Source: a virus (Duplodnaviria > Caudoviricetes). Taken from it: a DNA stretch of 43,138 bases. Positions 1 to 8,399 of the stretch are shown one piece after another (within the stretch, counting starts at the first letter, position 1; each line of letters starts with the position of its first letter). The stretch spans positions 1-43,138 of IMG/VR virus record IMGVR_UViG_3300022407_002384; one strand, 5' to 3'. The position numbers were made by a program, and so were the translations under genes. The notes under the pieces were generated by a model. It saw only the letters and a program-made list of their open reading frames with translations, had not been told where the DNA came from and searched no databases.

Positions 1-126
1 CTCATCCTCGCCGGGTGCGCCACGACCGACCCAGAGCTGCGCATCGTGACCAAGATTGTGGAAGTTCCAATCGCCGTTCGTTGCGCCGTCACCATTCCCG
101 AAGAGCCCGCCTATTCGGATTCAAAG
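1..126. repeat. Terminal direct repeat, copy 1 (circular overlap)
   Basis: Bases 1-126 are identical to 43011-43136, and the repeat lies inside the o-spanin ORF. Confidence 0.95.
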
Positions 127-246
127 GCCGCGCTCGATGCTGCGCCGGGAATATTCGAAAAGGTTAGGCTCCTCCTCATCGGAAGGGAGCAGCGCGAAGC
201 CTACAAGAACGAGGTGAAGGCCGCGCTGATCGGCTGCACCGGGTAG
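1..246 (+). CDS. o-spanin lipoprotein, 3' part (gene starts at 42987 and crosses the junction)
   Basis: Joined frame reads MIRPILACLILAGC-ATTDPELRIVTKIVEVP...; lipobox LAGC; directly follows the i-spanin. Confidence 0.8.
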   Translation, partial: LILAGCATTDPELRIVTKIVEVPIAVRCAVTIPEEPAYSDSKAALDAAPGIFEKVRLLLIGREQREAYKNEVKAALIGCTG

Positions 247-265
247 CCTTCGGGGGCGGTTTTTA
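238..265 (+). terminator. Possible intrinsic terminator at the end of the late/lysis operon
   Basis: Imperfect GC stem around CC-TTCG-GG followed by a T run, between convergent genes. Confidence 0.35.
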
Positions 266-302
266 GTTGGATGAGGTTCATCATCAAATCCGGTGACAAA
301 TA

Positions 303-1061
303 TTACCAATGCTCGCGTTCGGAGTCGATCATATCGAGGAAGGTCGTGTTGCTGCCGTCCGATAGCGGCGCGTCCAGCGAGTAGTCCCCAAACTTGCCTC
401 GGAACATCCGGTTGTATTTCGCCTTGGCGGCCCTGACGGCCCCCGCCACGTCCGTTTTGGCGAAGTCTCCGCAGAGGATAGCAAGCGCGGCCTCTTGGCA
501 AACGTCCTCGCGCATCTCGGGCGGGAAGCCACGGGAAACCGCTGCGTTGATCTCCATAAGCAGGTTGTAGTCGTCGCCATTGAGCGGCGTGGCGCGATAG
601 GGATAACTTAGGACTTCGCCACGCGGGCGTTCCTCGCGGGTGTAGAGGCCCAGCTTCTTCCCTAAAACCCACGCGGCGCGATAAGTCGTCCCCGTCGCCT
701 CCGCCAACTGGACAGCCCGCAGGCCCGCGTCATCTACGACCGACCCCAGAGCGACAAGACAGCCTTGAAGCGGCATTTTGTGCGAGGCGAAGACCGTCTT
801 TGACGTAAGCGAAAAGTGCCGGTGGCATTTGTTGAACCGACACCGGAACCATCCAGGTCGAGACGAAACGACATAAGGCCGCTCGGCAAAGCAGTAGATG
901 CAATGGGGGCGCCCGTCCGTTTCAGCCCAGCGCACGTCCGTGAAGATTTCCCGCGCGTCGGAGTCGCTCGCCTTGGGAACCTCTTTGACGTCGATCTTTC
1001 GGGCGGCGAGGGCGCGGGCGAACGCTTCGCCCATTGCCGTGACCGACGCGATGGCGGTCAT
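303..1061 (-). CDS. IS1595-type transposase zinc-ribbon/HTH N-terminus fused to a sigma-like C-terminal segment; no DDE domain
   Basis: RW..DGRPHCIYC...WFRCRFNKCHRHFSLTSKTVFASHKMPL...QLAEATGTTYRAAW matches the IS1595 N-terminus; C-terminus has REDVCQEAALA and YSLDAPLSDGSNTTFLDMI. Confidence 0.7.
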   Translation of the reverse strand: MTAIASVTAMGEAFARALAARKIDVKEVPKASDSDAREIFTDVRWAETDGRPHCIYCFAERPYVVSSRPGWFRCRFNKCHRHFSLTSKTVFASHKMPLQGCLVALGSVVDDAGLRAVQLAEATGTTYRAAWVLGKKLGLYTREERPRGEVLSYPYRATPLNGDDYNLLMEINAAVSRGFPPEMREDVCQEAALAILCGDFAKTDVAGAVRAAKAKYNRMFRGKFGDYSLDAPLSDGSNTTFLDMIDSEREHW

Positions 1062-1282
1062 TCGCCCCTCAATACAGGGTTGGCGGCGGCCATCCGCTCG
1101 CGCTTGATCTGATCCCGGCGCTCGTGGTCGTGATGACGCAATGCGCGCTCCTGTTCGGCGCCCTCGCGTTGATCGCTCACCCGATGGCGGGTAGACTTTT
1201 GGTGAGCCTTCACCCCCTGCCGCGTTTCAAACCGCTTCAGGCAGTAGGGGCAGATATGCCGAGGAAGACCGTGAACGCCCAT
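1058..1282 (-). CDS. Small C2H2 zinc-finger protein
   Basis: HICPYCLKRFETRQGVKAHQKSTRH; start moved to ATG 1282 because AGGAGG lies just upstream; ATGA overlap with the next gene. Confidence 0.7.
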   Translation of the reverse strand: MGVHGLPRHICPYCLKRFETRQGVKAHQKSTRHRVSDQREGAEQERALRHHDHERRDQIKRERMAAANPVLRGE

Positions 1283-1309
1283 ATCGCCTCCTAGTGTCAG
1301 TCGGGCGCC

Positions 1310-1338
1310 ACGATAGCCCCGAATTGATGTGTTTGGAA
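1310..1338 (-). promoter_or_regulatory. Putative sigma70-type promoter for the ZnF/IS1595-fusion pair
   Basis: TTCCAA-17 nt-TATCGT on the minus strand. Confidence 0.45.
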
Positions 1339-1343
1339 CCTTG

Positions 1344-1373
1344 GCCCCTCGCCTTAACTGGCGGGGGGCTTTT
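1344..1373. terminator. Intrinsic terminator-like hairpin
   Basis: GCCCCTCGCC-ttaact-GGCGGGGGGC followed by TTTT on the plus strand. Confidence 0.6.
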
Positions 1374-1385
1374 GCATGTCTGGGG

Positions 1386-1730
1386 CTAGGCGTGAACGCT
1401 AACGCGGCAGCGCGGATTTTCCGCACACGCGGCCATGATCTTGCCGAGGAATATCAGGCCGCCGACCGTGCTGCCCCAGCCGTTGGGCGCGTCGTATTTG
1501 GCGCAAAATGTCGCGTCACTGTTGGCGCCGGTGGCGTATTCTCTGAGGCGGGTCTGGTCGATGCGCTCGAACGCCGCGCCGATAATAGCCGCCGCCTGCT
1601 TCCCGGTTTTGCCGTCCAGTTCGTGCAGACCGCCCCGGCTGTCCTGTGCGGGAATGTGGTCATAGAAGAGCGGCGCGACGTTGAACGTGTAATTGAACGA
1701 CTCTTTGCCAATTGACACGTCGTAGCTCAT
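1386..1730 (-). CDS. Hypothetical phage protein
   Basis: 114-aa ORF with GGAGG-type RBS; NYTFNV...NGWGS motifs. Confidence 0.75.
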   Translation of the reverse strand: MSYDVSIGKESFNYTFNVAPLFYDHIPAQDSRGGLHELDGKTGKQAAAIIGAAFERIDQTRLREYATGANSDATFCAKYDAPNGWGSTVGGLIFLGKIMAACAENPRCRVSVHA

Positions 1731-1758
1731 CTATCTTCCTCCGGGTAGGTGGTGAGGG

Positions 1759-2088
1759 TTAGGCTGCGGCCTTGGCCTTCTTGATCCTGACGTCGTGGTG
1801 CATGTCTGGATAAGCCGTGACCGTGACCCAATCGTCGGGATCAGCGGGCATCGTCAAATAGGACAGGCTGAACCGATAGTCGTATTCGCCGACCAGCGCG
1901 CCATGTGACAGGCGGTCGATGACCTTCTGCTTGTTCCGCTCGCGGCACTCGATTTCAACGGACAGATATGTTCCGTTGCGCCAGCGCGCCGACACATCGA
2001 CCATCATGGGTTTCAGCGTCTCGCTCACCGCATAAACAAGCGTCGAGAGAGCGCCGTGGACGGATAACAGGTCGGGCAGCTTTGCCAT
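1759..2088 (-). CDS. Hypothetical protein
   Basis: 109-aa ORF with GAGGAG RBS, downstream of a good promoter match. Confidence 0.75.
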   Translation of the reverse strand: MAKLPDLLSVHGALSTLVYAVSETLKPMMVDVSARWRNGTYLSVEIECRERNKQKVIDRLSHGALVGEYDYRFSLSYLTMPADPDDWVTVTAYPDMHHDVRIKKAKAAA

Positions 2089-2093
2089 TGCGC

Positions 2094-2150
2094 TTGCTCC
2101 TCGCTTCGATTTCTGACACTATCAACCCATGCCGTCGAAGTCAATTGATA
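2094..2150. promoter_or_regulatory. Overlapping divergent promoters with a possible operator
   Basis: Minus: TTGACT(2144-2139)-17-TAGTGT(2121-2116). Plus: TTGCTC(2094)-17-CACTAT(2117), 6 nt before ATG 2129. Inverted repeat TATCAA...TTGATA. Confidence 0.55.
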
Positions 2151-2317
2151 ACGCCAGAAAACCCGGACGGCCCGTCGTTAATTCGACCGCCTACACCGTC
2201 CGGGTTCCGCCCGCGCTCGATGCCAGGATTGACGCATGGGTCGAATGCCAACCTGACTCCCCCGGCAAGCCCGAAGCCATCCGCCGTCTCGTTGAACGAG
2301 GTCTAGGTGATGGTTAG
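2129..2317 (+). CDS. Ribbon-helix-helix (Arc/CopG-like) DNA-binding protein
   Basis: GRP basic arm, YTVRVP beta strand, ALDARIDAW helix, KPEAIRRLVERGL helix; the only plus-strand gene in the left arm. Confidence 0.75.
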   Translation: MPSKSIDNARKPGRPVVNSTAYTVRVPPALDARIDAWVECQPDSPGKPEAIRRLVERGLGDG

Positions 2318-2334
2318 GACAGCCCTGCTCACAG

Positions 2335-2682
2335 CTACGTCTCCTCGTGATTGAGTGCGCGGAACAGGGCGAGAAGGACTTGCTTGCAGAGCCGGGAGAC
2401 GAAGTTCCAGTCGCGGTCTTTGAACAGCGTGCCCGGCATGGCCTTGAGCGCCAGCGCCAGAATCTCCGCCTCACGCCCCGGCAGCTTCTCCCCGACCAGA
2501 GCGAGAGCGGCGTCTAGGGAGCCCACGAGGTCGGGGATGGTCGGCGCCCGGTTGCCGCGCGGGTCGTAGGCGATACCCTCACGGGTCGTCCAGCCAAGCG
2601 CGAGCAAGATGGCCGCGTTCAGATCAACATCCGGCCCCGTCGCAGCTTCCAGCCTGGCGATGATGTCGGTGTAGTCGGTCAT
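2335..2682 (-). CDS. Hypothetical phage protein (possibly phage ABA-sandwich-like)
   Basis: 115-aa ORF; GPD.DLNAAI...PDLVGSLDAALAL pattern; ATGA-coupled. Confidence 0.65.
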   Translation of the reverse strand: MTDYTDIIARLEAATGPDVDLNAAILLALGWTTREGIAYDPRGNRAPTIPDLVGSLDAALALVGEKLPGREAEILALALKAMPGTLFKDRDWNFVSRLCKQVLLALFRALNHEET

Positions 2683-3776
2683 TTCGTCTCCTCTGGAGGG
2701 GGAGGGAGGGCGGAGGCGGCGGCAACAAGTTCCTCGTAAGCATCCTCGGCAAACTTCCCGAGCGGCCTAACGAAGTCGACGCCATACTCGGCGCACAGGT
2801 TGAACGCCGCCCGCTCCATCATGGCTGGCAGGGCTTTCCTCGGCACCATCACCCACCCATCAGGCTCTGCGAGGGCGGGGGAGGTGTAGAGCGGGGTGAC
2901 GACCACATCCAGATCGACCATCCACGGTTCGGTCCAGTCGTAAAGATCGACGCGACGGCACTTGCGCCCATCTTCGGCCCAGCCCCACTCCTTAAGCCAA
3001 GCCACCGCCTCACCTTGATTGGCGGGGGAGGCACTGGATAGGGTCTCTAGGCGATCACCGGCGCGGCGCATGAGCAGGTCGGTCGCCTCCTCGTCGATCT
3101 CGTCCGGCCCACGGTTCGGGCCACGGTCTGTCCAGATCACTCCCGCGCGCAGCGCCTCGATCAAGTCGGCGTCTTGATTGGCGGGGGAGGGTTGATGGGT
3201 AGAAGGCTGTTTGGCATCCCGGGATTTGTCACTGGCGGTCGGTTTTGCACTGGAGGGCAGGGCGTCCACGGTCGCCAGCAGGTGATTGGCAGCCTTGAGA
3301 AGCCCGTCTTGCTGACCCCGACAGAACGCGCGCGGCTCGCCGGATCGCAGGTCGCTCTCTGCGTTGGATAGTTCCGCCCGCAACGCATCAAGACGATAAG
3401 ACGCCTGCTCCAGTGCAGCGCAGACCGTCAGGCCGTGGTCCCGGGATACCCCCAAACCTTCCTCTAGGGAGGGTTGAGACAGGGCTTCGAGACGCCGGAC
3501 CTGTGACCGAAGTTGCTCTGCTTCCAGTATCCATTCGTCCCGCTCTCTGGTCAGCGCGAGGACGTAAGACGCGGGGTCGCCTGCTAGAACAGCCTCACGG
3601 TCTTCCGGCCATGCGTCGGCCAGGTTGTCGCGCACGTCTTCATCGGACGTTGTGAGGGCTTCGAGACGGTCGGCGAGGGAGAGGGTTTCGGCCCAAACTT
3701 CCCACCGCCTTTCCACACAATCTCGCGCGCTTGCAATCAGTTCCCGATCACCCATTACGGCGTCTCCCTTGGTCAT
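2679..3776 (-). CDS. Mosaic early protein (Ead/Ea22-like organisation)
   Basis: Start moved to ATG 3776 (ATGA overlap); coiled-coil segments, repeated SPANQ linker, EAVAW...PLY and PDGWVMVP modules. Confidence 0.6.
   Translation of the reverse strand: MTKGDAVMGDRELIASARDCVERRWEVWAETLSLADRLEALTTSDEDVRDNLADAWPEDREAVLAGDPASYVLALTRERDEWILEAEQLRSQVRRLEALSQPSLEEGLGVSRDHGLTVCAALEQASYRLDALRAELSNAESDLRSGEPRAFCRGQQDGLLKAANHLLATVDALPSSAKPTASDKSRDAKQPSTHQPSPANQDADLIEALRAGVIWTDRGPNRGPDEIDEEATDLLMRRAGDRLETLSSASPANQGEAVAWLKEWGWAEDGRKCRRVDLYDWTEPWMVDLDVVVTPLYTSPALAEPDGWVMVPRKALPAMMERAAFNLCAEYGVDFVRPLGKFAEDAYEELVAAASALPPPPEETK
3014..3190. repeat. 18-bp direct repeat CTTGATTGGCGGGGGAGG
   Basis: Copies at 3014-3031 and 3173-3190. 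Confidence 0.85.
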
Positions 3777-4081
3777 TGGTCTTTCGCGCTCCCGGGGACT
3801 TGGCTGGCGTCTGCGTAGTCCGCCGCTGCGGGGGCAGTAGCAGGCCGGTTGGCCGGGTCCTCGGCGTAGGCTTTCATGGCCCGCGCTGTATCCATCGCCA
3901 GCGCACAGTGTTCTGGATCGCCACCTGCCGCTAAGCGCCGTTCGGCCCAAAGCCGAACAATGTTGTGGGCGTCAGGGTCTCGGCCCAGCAGGATGAACAT
4001 GGGCTCTCCGGCTCGGCGCTTGGCGAGGCAGTCGTGGTTGGCCTTGTCCGACACGGGCCGGGGTTGATCTGAACCCGTCAC
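3773..4081 (-). CDS. Hypothetical phage protein
   Basis: 102 aa; EPMFILLGRDP motif; overlapping start/stop codons on both sides. Confidence 0.75.
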   Translation of the reverse strand: MTGSDQPRPVSDKANHDCLAKRRAGEPMFILLGRDPDAHNIVRLWAERRLAAGGDPEHCALAMDTARAMKAYAEDPANRPATAPAAADYADASQVPGSAKDQ

Positions 4082-4332
4082 TTCGTCTCTCCTCGATAAA
4101 GGGCGGCGATGGCGTCGGCTGCCGGCCCGGGATGAAGATCAATCGGCCAGCCTCGGGATGCTTGGAGCGCCGACTTCGCATCCTCCCTGCTTACCGGAGG
4201 CCCGGCGAGGATGCGGAGAAGATCACCGACCGACACCGCCACCATCTCGTGATCTTCCCGCGCGGCGCCGGAACAGTCCGTCGCGTCCTCCACCCGCTCT
4301 CGCGCGGCCAGGTATTCGGTCATGGTGGTCAT
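4078..4332 (-). CDS. Hypothetical protein
   Basis: 84 aa; translationally coupled. Confidence 0.65.
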   Translation of the reverse strand: MTTMTEYLAARERVEDATDCSGAAREDHEMVAVSVGDLLRILAGPPVSREDAKSALQASRGWPIDLHPGPAADAIAALYRGETK

Positions 4333-4544
4333 TGGCGCGGGTTCCTCATGCGCGGGGCGAGCGAGAGCTTCACCATGTCGTCAGTCCACGCCCGGACTTG
4401 CGGGTCCGCCAACAGACTGGCGAGCGCGTCCCGGTCGAGCGGATGGCCGTGCGGTGACAGGTATTCCTCGGCGTGGACTGCGATGCTCGCCAGCTTTGCC
4501 AGCAGGTCGGGTCGCAGGTCGTTCAGCGGGTTCCCGCCCATCAC
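4329..4544 (-). CDS. Hypothetical protein
   Basis: 71 aa; translationally coupled. Confidence 0.65.
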   Translation of the reverse strand: MMGGNPLNDLRPDLLAKLASIAVHAEEYLSPHGHPLDRDALASLLADPQVRAWTDDMVKLSLAPRMRNPRQ

Positions 4545-4786
4545 TCCCCCTCCGTCTTGAGAGCGGCGGAAGCGATGCGGATCATCTCCGCTGCAATGTC
4601 GGCGCTGTAAGGAGGATCGAACCGGAGGCGTATCGCGTCCAGCGCCTCCCGCATCTTCCCTGCTGAACGGAGAGCGGAGAGGATTTGACGGACCTCATCG
4701 ACGCCGACGCGGAGGCTCCCTGCGCGCTTGTCTTCAAACGGCTCAAGGCTCTTGATCAGGTCCGCCAGATTGTTCAGGTCAGTCAT
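4541..4786 (-). CDS. Hypothetical protein
   Basis: 81 aa; AAGGAG RBS. Confidence 0.7.
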   Translation of the reverse strand: MTDLNNLADLIKSLEPFEDKRAGSLRVGVDEVRQILSALRSAGKMREALDAIRLRFDPPYSADIAAEMIRIASAALKTEGE

Positions 4787-4858
4787 GTTGGGCTCCTTTG
4801 TGATAATCGGTAGCTGGAAGAGCGGCGATGCGCGTAAACTCGCGCCCCGTGGGGATGG

Positions 4859-5269
4859 CTAGGCGGGCGGCGTCCAGCGCATGACGAACGAGGGGTAGTA
4901 GTCATACGAGTTGTCGGTTCCGACCTCGAACACGACCGCGCCGGATTCGACCGCCCGCATGGTGAGAATGTTCCCGCCGTCGCCCTCCATCGAACACAGG
5001 ACTTTCAGCGTGAGGTGATCAGGCCAAAGGCTCCCGCCCATCTGATACGGCTCGCCGATGTAGGACAGCAGCGGGCCGCAATGGCTGCGGTATCCGTCGC
5101 TGGGGTCCTCGAAGGCCATGTAAACGACGCCATCGAGCCCGAACATGCAGCCGTTTGCGTCTGTGTCTATGGGGTGCCGGAGGTCCAGGTGCGGGACGAA
5201 GTTCATCACCCGCAGGCCGACCAGTTGCTCTAGTCGTTGGGCCGGGGCCTTGGCCGCTTCTTCCGTCAT
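4859..5269 (-). CDS. Hypothetical phage protein
   Basis: Start moved to ATG 5269 (GGAG RBS); FEDPSDGYRS and VGTDNSYDYYPSF motifs. Confidence 0.7.
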   Translation of the reverse strand: MTEEAAKAPAQRLEQLVGLRVMNFVPHLDLRHPIDTDANGCMFGLDGVVYMAFEDPSDGYRSHCGPLLSYIGEPYQMGGSLWPDHLTLKVLCSMEGDGGNILTMRAVESGAVVFEVGTDNSYDYYPSFVMRWTPPA

Positions 5270-5348
5270 CACTTGCTCCACATAACGAGATAGATCGCAC
5301 CGCCTAGCGCAGCGATGCAGATTGCTAGGGATAGGGTCTGGCGAGGGG

Positions 5349-5621
5349 TCATGCGGCGGCGGACTTCTTCGCTCGTGCAGCGGCCAAGGCGGCAACGCGC
5401 TTCTGAGATGCCTCCGCACGCTGGGCAGCGAGGTTGTCTTCTCGCGCCATCTGCGCCTCAGCAAACTCGGCGATTTTCGCTCTTAAGGCGTCGGCATCGT
5501 CGCCCCGGAAAACGACGTTTGAGACTAAGCCCTGCGGCCAGTAGAAATAGCCGACGAAGCGTTCAGCCGGGGCGACGTCATCCGTCGTGGTGTAGATCGC
5601 GATCTTGATGGGCGCGCTCAT
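5349..5621 (-). CDS. Hypothetical protein
   Basis: 90 aa; ATGA-coupled. Confidence 0.7.
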   Translation of the reverse strand: MSAPIKIAIYTTTDDVAPAERFVGYFYWPQGLVSNVVFRGDDADALRAKIAEFAEAQMAREDNLAAQRAEASQKRVAALAAARAKKSAAA

Positions 5622-5815
5622 TCTCTCTCTCCAAACAGATCAGGTTGCGCCAACCGTTCAGCGTGGTCGGCTCTGGCGTCAGCGTTGGCGGCCCAGGTAT
5701 CGAGAACAGGCGCGAAGGCTCTCTGCGCTTGCGATGGTGAGGCTCTGAACACTTCCGCAGCGTGACGATGAGCCCCGGCTGCGAACCGGTAGCTGGCGGC
5801 GGTGAGGGGCTTCAC
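5618..5815 (-). CDS. Hypothetical protein
   Basis: 65 aa; coupled; QPDLF near the C-terminus (sliding-clamp-motif-like). Confidence 0.6.
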   Translation of the reverse strand: MKPLTAASYRFAAGAHRHAAEVFRASPSQAQRAFAPVLDTWAANADARADHAERLAQPDLFGERE

Positions 5816-6471
5816 GCTGCGTCCTCCAACTCAAGGTGCGCGATGAGATGGCGGCCTAGCCATTCGGTGTAGGCCGGGGGAATGGCCTGCGAGAGTTCGG
5901 CGCCCGTCATCCAGTCAATACCCATCGCCTCCGCACGGGCCGCCGTGCTAAAATCCTGCGTGTTATGGGTCCGCCTCCGGTCCCTGCCGTGGCCTCCGTA
6001 AACGCCGATGACGCGCGGCCGGCGGTGTTCGCATTGCGGGGTTAGCGTCGGCGGGTGGCTCATTTCAAACAGGCGGTGGCGGCGCAACTCGGCATCTTCC
6101 GCGCCAAGCCCAAACATCGTTCCGCAGAGCATGACCGGGTTTTGCATCGGAGCGCCGGGGACGTTCTCCATGATCCATGGCCTGCCGCTGGCGTTGAGAA
6201 GCGCCCGCGTCGGCGCGACCAGATCGGGGTGAACCTTCGCGTTGTGCATGGACTTCATGGCGCTGTGCGCCTGACAGGGCGGGCTCGCGTGGATGGCGTC
6301 GAAGCTGGCGACCCATTCAGGATCAAGCGTCATCACGTCGGCCTGAACGAACGCGAACGGGTAGCGTGGGCGCGGGACGATATCGACGCCCGTGACCTCA
6401 AACCCGGCCCGCGCATAGCCCATGCCAGCCCCGCCGGCACAGCAGAACAGGTCCAACAGTCTCGGCTTCAC
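5812..6471 (-). CDS. DNA (cytosine-5)-methyltransferase, short phage type
   Basis: Motif I LDLFCCAGG, motif IV SPPCQ, motif VI ENV, RHRLFE, C-terminal AIPPAY. Confidence 0.9.
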   Translation of the reverse strand: MKPRLLDLFCCAGGAGMGYARAGFEVTGVDIVPRPRYPFAFVQADVMTLDPEWVASFDAIHASPPCQAHSAMKSMHNAKVHPDLVAPTRALLNASGRPWIMENVPGAPMQNPVMLCGTMFGLGAEDAELRRHRLFEMSHPPTLTPQCEHRRPRVIGVYGGHGRDRRRTHNTQDFSTAARAEAMGIDWMTGAELSQAIPPAYTEWLGRHLIAHLELEDAA

Positions 6472-6857
6472 GCTGCGTCCTCCCGCGAGAGGTCCACGCC
6501 TTCACGGGCGGCGAAGGCGTGAATGAACTCCAGGTAATCGGAGAACTCCGGCACGCTCATGTTGCTGGTCCGCATCCCCAGCGCCACGAACCCGTTGCCT
6601 TCAAGGTTGGGGACCACGCGGGCCTCCTTGCGAAAGCTGGCGGTGAGCAGGTCTTTCCAGTCGTCTTCGGATAGCGTCAGGCCGTGCCACGTCAGGCCGG
6701 ACGCGAGCTTTGACAAGAGGGGCCATTGGGCGCGGTTTTGAGAATCCGTGCGGAGCCGCTCGGCAATCTCAACGCGGTAGCCGTCTGGCGCGTTCTGGAC
6801 CTCTTGCAAGATCGCAGCGCGGTTGGACTTGTGGATGATGAAAGCGCGGCGGCTCAC
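6468..6857 (-). CDS. ninB: NinB/Orf family recombination protein
   Basis: RT..QN...W, W.G..LS.DDWK, G.RTS.MSV.EFSDYLE.I.AF..REGV pattern. Confidence 0.9.
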   Translation of the reverse strand: MSRRAFIIHKSNRAAILQEVQNAPDGYRVEIAERLRTDSQNRAQWPLLSKLASGLTWHGLTLSEDDWKDLLTASFRKEARVVPNLEGNGFVALGMRTSNMSVPEFSDYLEFIHAFAAREGVDLSREDAA

Positions 6858-7360
6858 TTGGTCCTCACCGTCAACACCGTCCCGCCATTGTTCAGCGTGG
6901 CGCCGGGGACCTCCTCGCCAGCCTCAAGGGCGGCTTTCACGGCGGGTCGGTCTGCCTCGCACTTCCAGCGGCGCAATTCCTCGGGGAGCCGTTCGGGGTC
7001 GAAGTCGGCGGCATAGGCAACAGAAGGGCTCGCCGGGCGAAGGCTGATCGTCGCCTCCGGGCGCTCGATCTTGGAAAGCCCTACGGTGTCCATAAACGTC
7101 GCCAGTGCGGCGCGGGCGGTATCGACACCCTCCTCAAACCGCTTGCGGCGCTCGGCCATGTCAGCCTCTACCGTCTTGAGGGCGGCGATGTATGCGTTGC
7201 GCTCGCTGATCCAGCGCAGGACACGCGACACCCCCTCCATTGCGTCCGTCTCGCCTTCGATCATGTCGGCGATCAGGTCGTCATCATCCGTCCGCATGGC
7301 ATCGGCGAGGGACTTAGCGGCGGCTGTGGCGCGCTCAAGGCTGTAAGTCGGCGCACTCAT
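6854..7360 (-). CDS. Siphovirus Gp157-family protein
   Basis: Coiled coil followed by ATISLR...D.PAVKAALEAGEEVPGATL. Confidence 0.85.
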   Translation of the reverse strand: MSAPTYSLERATAAAKSLADAMRTDDDDLIADMIEGETDAMEGVSRVLRWISERNAYIAALKTVEADMAERRKRFEEGVDTARAALATFMDTVGLSKIERPEATISLRPASPSVAYAADFDPERLPEELRRWKCEADRPAVKAALEAGEEVPGATLNNGGTVLTVRTK

Positions 7361-8016
7361 TCGGCGGCCATCTGTTCAGGCGTGGCGAGGAGCATCTTCA
7401 GCAGGGTTTCCAGCTCGGCGAGGCGTTCAGGCGCCTTGTCGTCCAGATCGGCGCAAAGGGCGGAACCGGAGTCCCAGACCTTCTGCACGGCATCTGCATC
7501 GCCTTGCTTGGCGCGGAGGGTGGCTTCGAAACGGTTGGCGCGTTCTGCCAGGGTCGGCGTGGCGGGCTTGGCGGGCTCGCGCTGTGGCGCGGTCTCACGC
7601 GGGCCGCTGGCGGCGTTCCCGTCGTCATCCTCGGGAGCCGCGCCGGTCATCGCCAACAGCGCATAGCGCCGCGCATACGTGATCGCAGAGCCCACCCCTT
7701 GCGGGTCCAGTTTCGACGGGCGAAGATGCAGCGTTGATGTGACCGACGAACCGCTTTCGTGCAGTAGCGTGGTCTGAACGGCGACCATCGCTCCGTCGAA
7801 GGACGGAAACTGAAGCGCGCTGACGCCAGCGTTGTTCAGGGCCGGAACGACAGCCTCGACCACGGCGGCGAGGTCTGCGTATTTGTTGGCCCCGAATGCG
7901 TTGTTGGTGCGGGCTTTCTTGATTGCCTCAGTCGAAAGTTGCGCGGCCACTAAAGCCTTCGCCAGCGGGGCGCGGTCGCCGTCCCAGATCAGTGCAAGTT
8001 CGGTCATTTCATTCAT
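7357..8016 (-). CDS. erf: ERF-family ssDNA-annealing recombinase
   Basis: KYADLAAV, TTLLHESG, QGVGSAITYARRYAL...EDDDGN. Confidence 0.92.
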   Translation of the reverse strand: MNEMTELALIWDGDRAPLAKALVAAQLSTEAIKKARTNNAFGANKYADLAAVVEAVVPALNNAGVSALQFPSFDGAMVAVQTTLLHESGSSVTSTLHLRPSKLDPQGVGSAITYARRYALLAMTGAAPEDDDGNAASGPRETAPQREPAKPATPTLAERANRFEATLRAKQGDADAVQKVWDSGSALCADLDDKAPERLAELETLLKMLLATPEQMAAE

Positions 8017-8033
8017 CCTTGAATTTGTCGGGG

Positions 8034-8255
8034 CTAAGCGGGCATCGCCGGGATAGCCAGGTCATCGGGCTTGGGCTGATAGCGAACCGTCCGAAGCCGG
8101 GTGGTCCGAACGATCCGCTCGATGCGGACGACGGTCAGCGTTCCAAAGGCCGCGACGTTGGCATCTGCGAAGTCCAGAGCGGCCCGGCGGTCAGCGAAGG
8201 TGCGGACGGTCACGCGGGCGGCGGTCAGGACGGCAAAGTCGGGGGCGTCAGTCAT
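8034..8255 (-). CDS. Hypothetical protein
   Basis: Start moved to ATG 8255 with AGGAG upstream. Confidence 0.6.
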   Translation of the reverse strand: MTDAPDFAVLTAARVTVRTFADRRAALDFADANVAAFGTLTVVRIERIVRTTRLRTVRYQPKPDDLAIPAMPA

Positions 8256-8399
8256 TGCAGGCGAACTCCTTGGGGCAGTAGCCCTTGCCAGCGCAGTCCT
8301 TGGGGGTGCGGCAGAAGGGGTATGGCGCGCGGACAGCAGCCTTACGCTCGCGGGCGTCGTAAGCCGCATCGGCGGCGTCGGTGGGGGTTCAGTCGCGGG

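Noticed and set aside
303-1061. Active IS1595 insertion sequence
   Set aside because: No DDE catalytic domain, and I saw no terminal inverted repeats; the gene is translationally coupled to a phage gene
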